From the NCBI GenBank assembly GCA_003213625.1, contig QCMT01000002.1, positions 22,152 through 86,151 on the forward strand: a DNA stretch of 64,000 nucleotides. The letters are read 5' to 3'. The DNA is from OCS155 cluster bacterium AG-422-J23. GTDB lineage: Bacteria; Actinomycetota; Acidimicrobiia; Actinomarinales; Actinomarinaceae. The notes below the pieces were generated by a model. The model was not told where the DNA came from. It did no database searches and saw only the letters and a program-made list of their open reading frames with translations. Every line of letters begins with the position of its first letter. Position 1 is the first letter of the stretch. Both the position numbers and the translations under genes were made by a program. Below are positions 63,882-64,000 of this stretch, piece after piece.

Positions 63882-64000
63882 ATGTTTGTAAGACTAACTC
63901 TTGCAGATGTAAAAGAGGGTGAAATGAATAATGCCCTTGAGTATGTCAAAAATACAGTAATGCCATCTTATGATGGAATTTCAGGTTTATTAGGAATAGC
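63882..64000 (+). CDS. hypothetical protein, N-terminal fragment (runs off window)
   Basis: aggagg SD then ATG; MFVRLTLADVKEGEMNNALEYVKNTVMPSYDGISGLLGI... Confidence 0.5.
   Translation, partial: MFVRLTLADVKEGEMNNALEYVKNTVMPSYDGISGLLGI

Noticed and set aside
1-64000. Mobile elements, prophage, defence islands, tRNA/rRNA genes
   Set aside because: No integrase, transposase, recombinase, phage structural or nuclease/helicase defence-type ORFs were seen, and no cloverleaf-like GC-rich segments. The window looks like core chromosome.

Overview
AT-rich, densely coding chromosomal window with many 1-30 nt start/stop overlaps. It spans the replication-origin neighbourhood. Leftward on the minus strand lie dnaA-dnaN-DUF721-gyrB-gyrA-DUF3566. 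Rightward on the plus strand lie rpmH-rnpA-yidD-yidC-jag-rsmG-parA-parB, followed by cwlM-like, trxB, GNAT, NUDIX and a CCA/poly(A) polymerase-like gene. This order mirrors the actinobacterial (Mycobacterium-type) origin region, so I infer a low-GC, streamlined actinobacterium, possibly marine; that is inference only. I saw no rRNA, tRNA, CRISPR, transposase, integrase or recognisable defence genes. Cis-regulatory elements readable from the sequence are: a TPP riboswitch before an SSS transporter; a cobalamin riboswitch before an orphan BtuF-like binding protein; tandem ARG boxes on the argR start; two 21-bp Zur-type palindromes in the zur/znuA divergent promoter; a perfect parS; and a classical Trp-codon leader-peptide attenuator before a stand-alone trpB2. 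The candidates for undescribed biology are: (1) a 7-gene operon in which a MacB-type ABC pump with a peptidoglycan-binding HlyD adaptor is bracketed by four paralogous lipoproteins built from a duplicated Cys motif; (2) a 1067-aa lipoprotein with a FecR-like domain, 13 copies of a C-x-x-N-P-x-x-P-x-C mini-loop and a GC-rich repetitive Pro/Gly tail; (3) a tandem array of 3-4 paralogous polytopic membrane proteins with conserved RBS spacers; (4) translationally coupled micro-ORFs encoding paralogous ~30-aa hydrophobic peptides. All functional calls rest on motif recognition by eye; no database search was possible.
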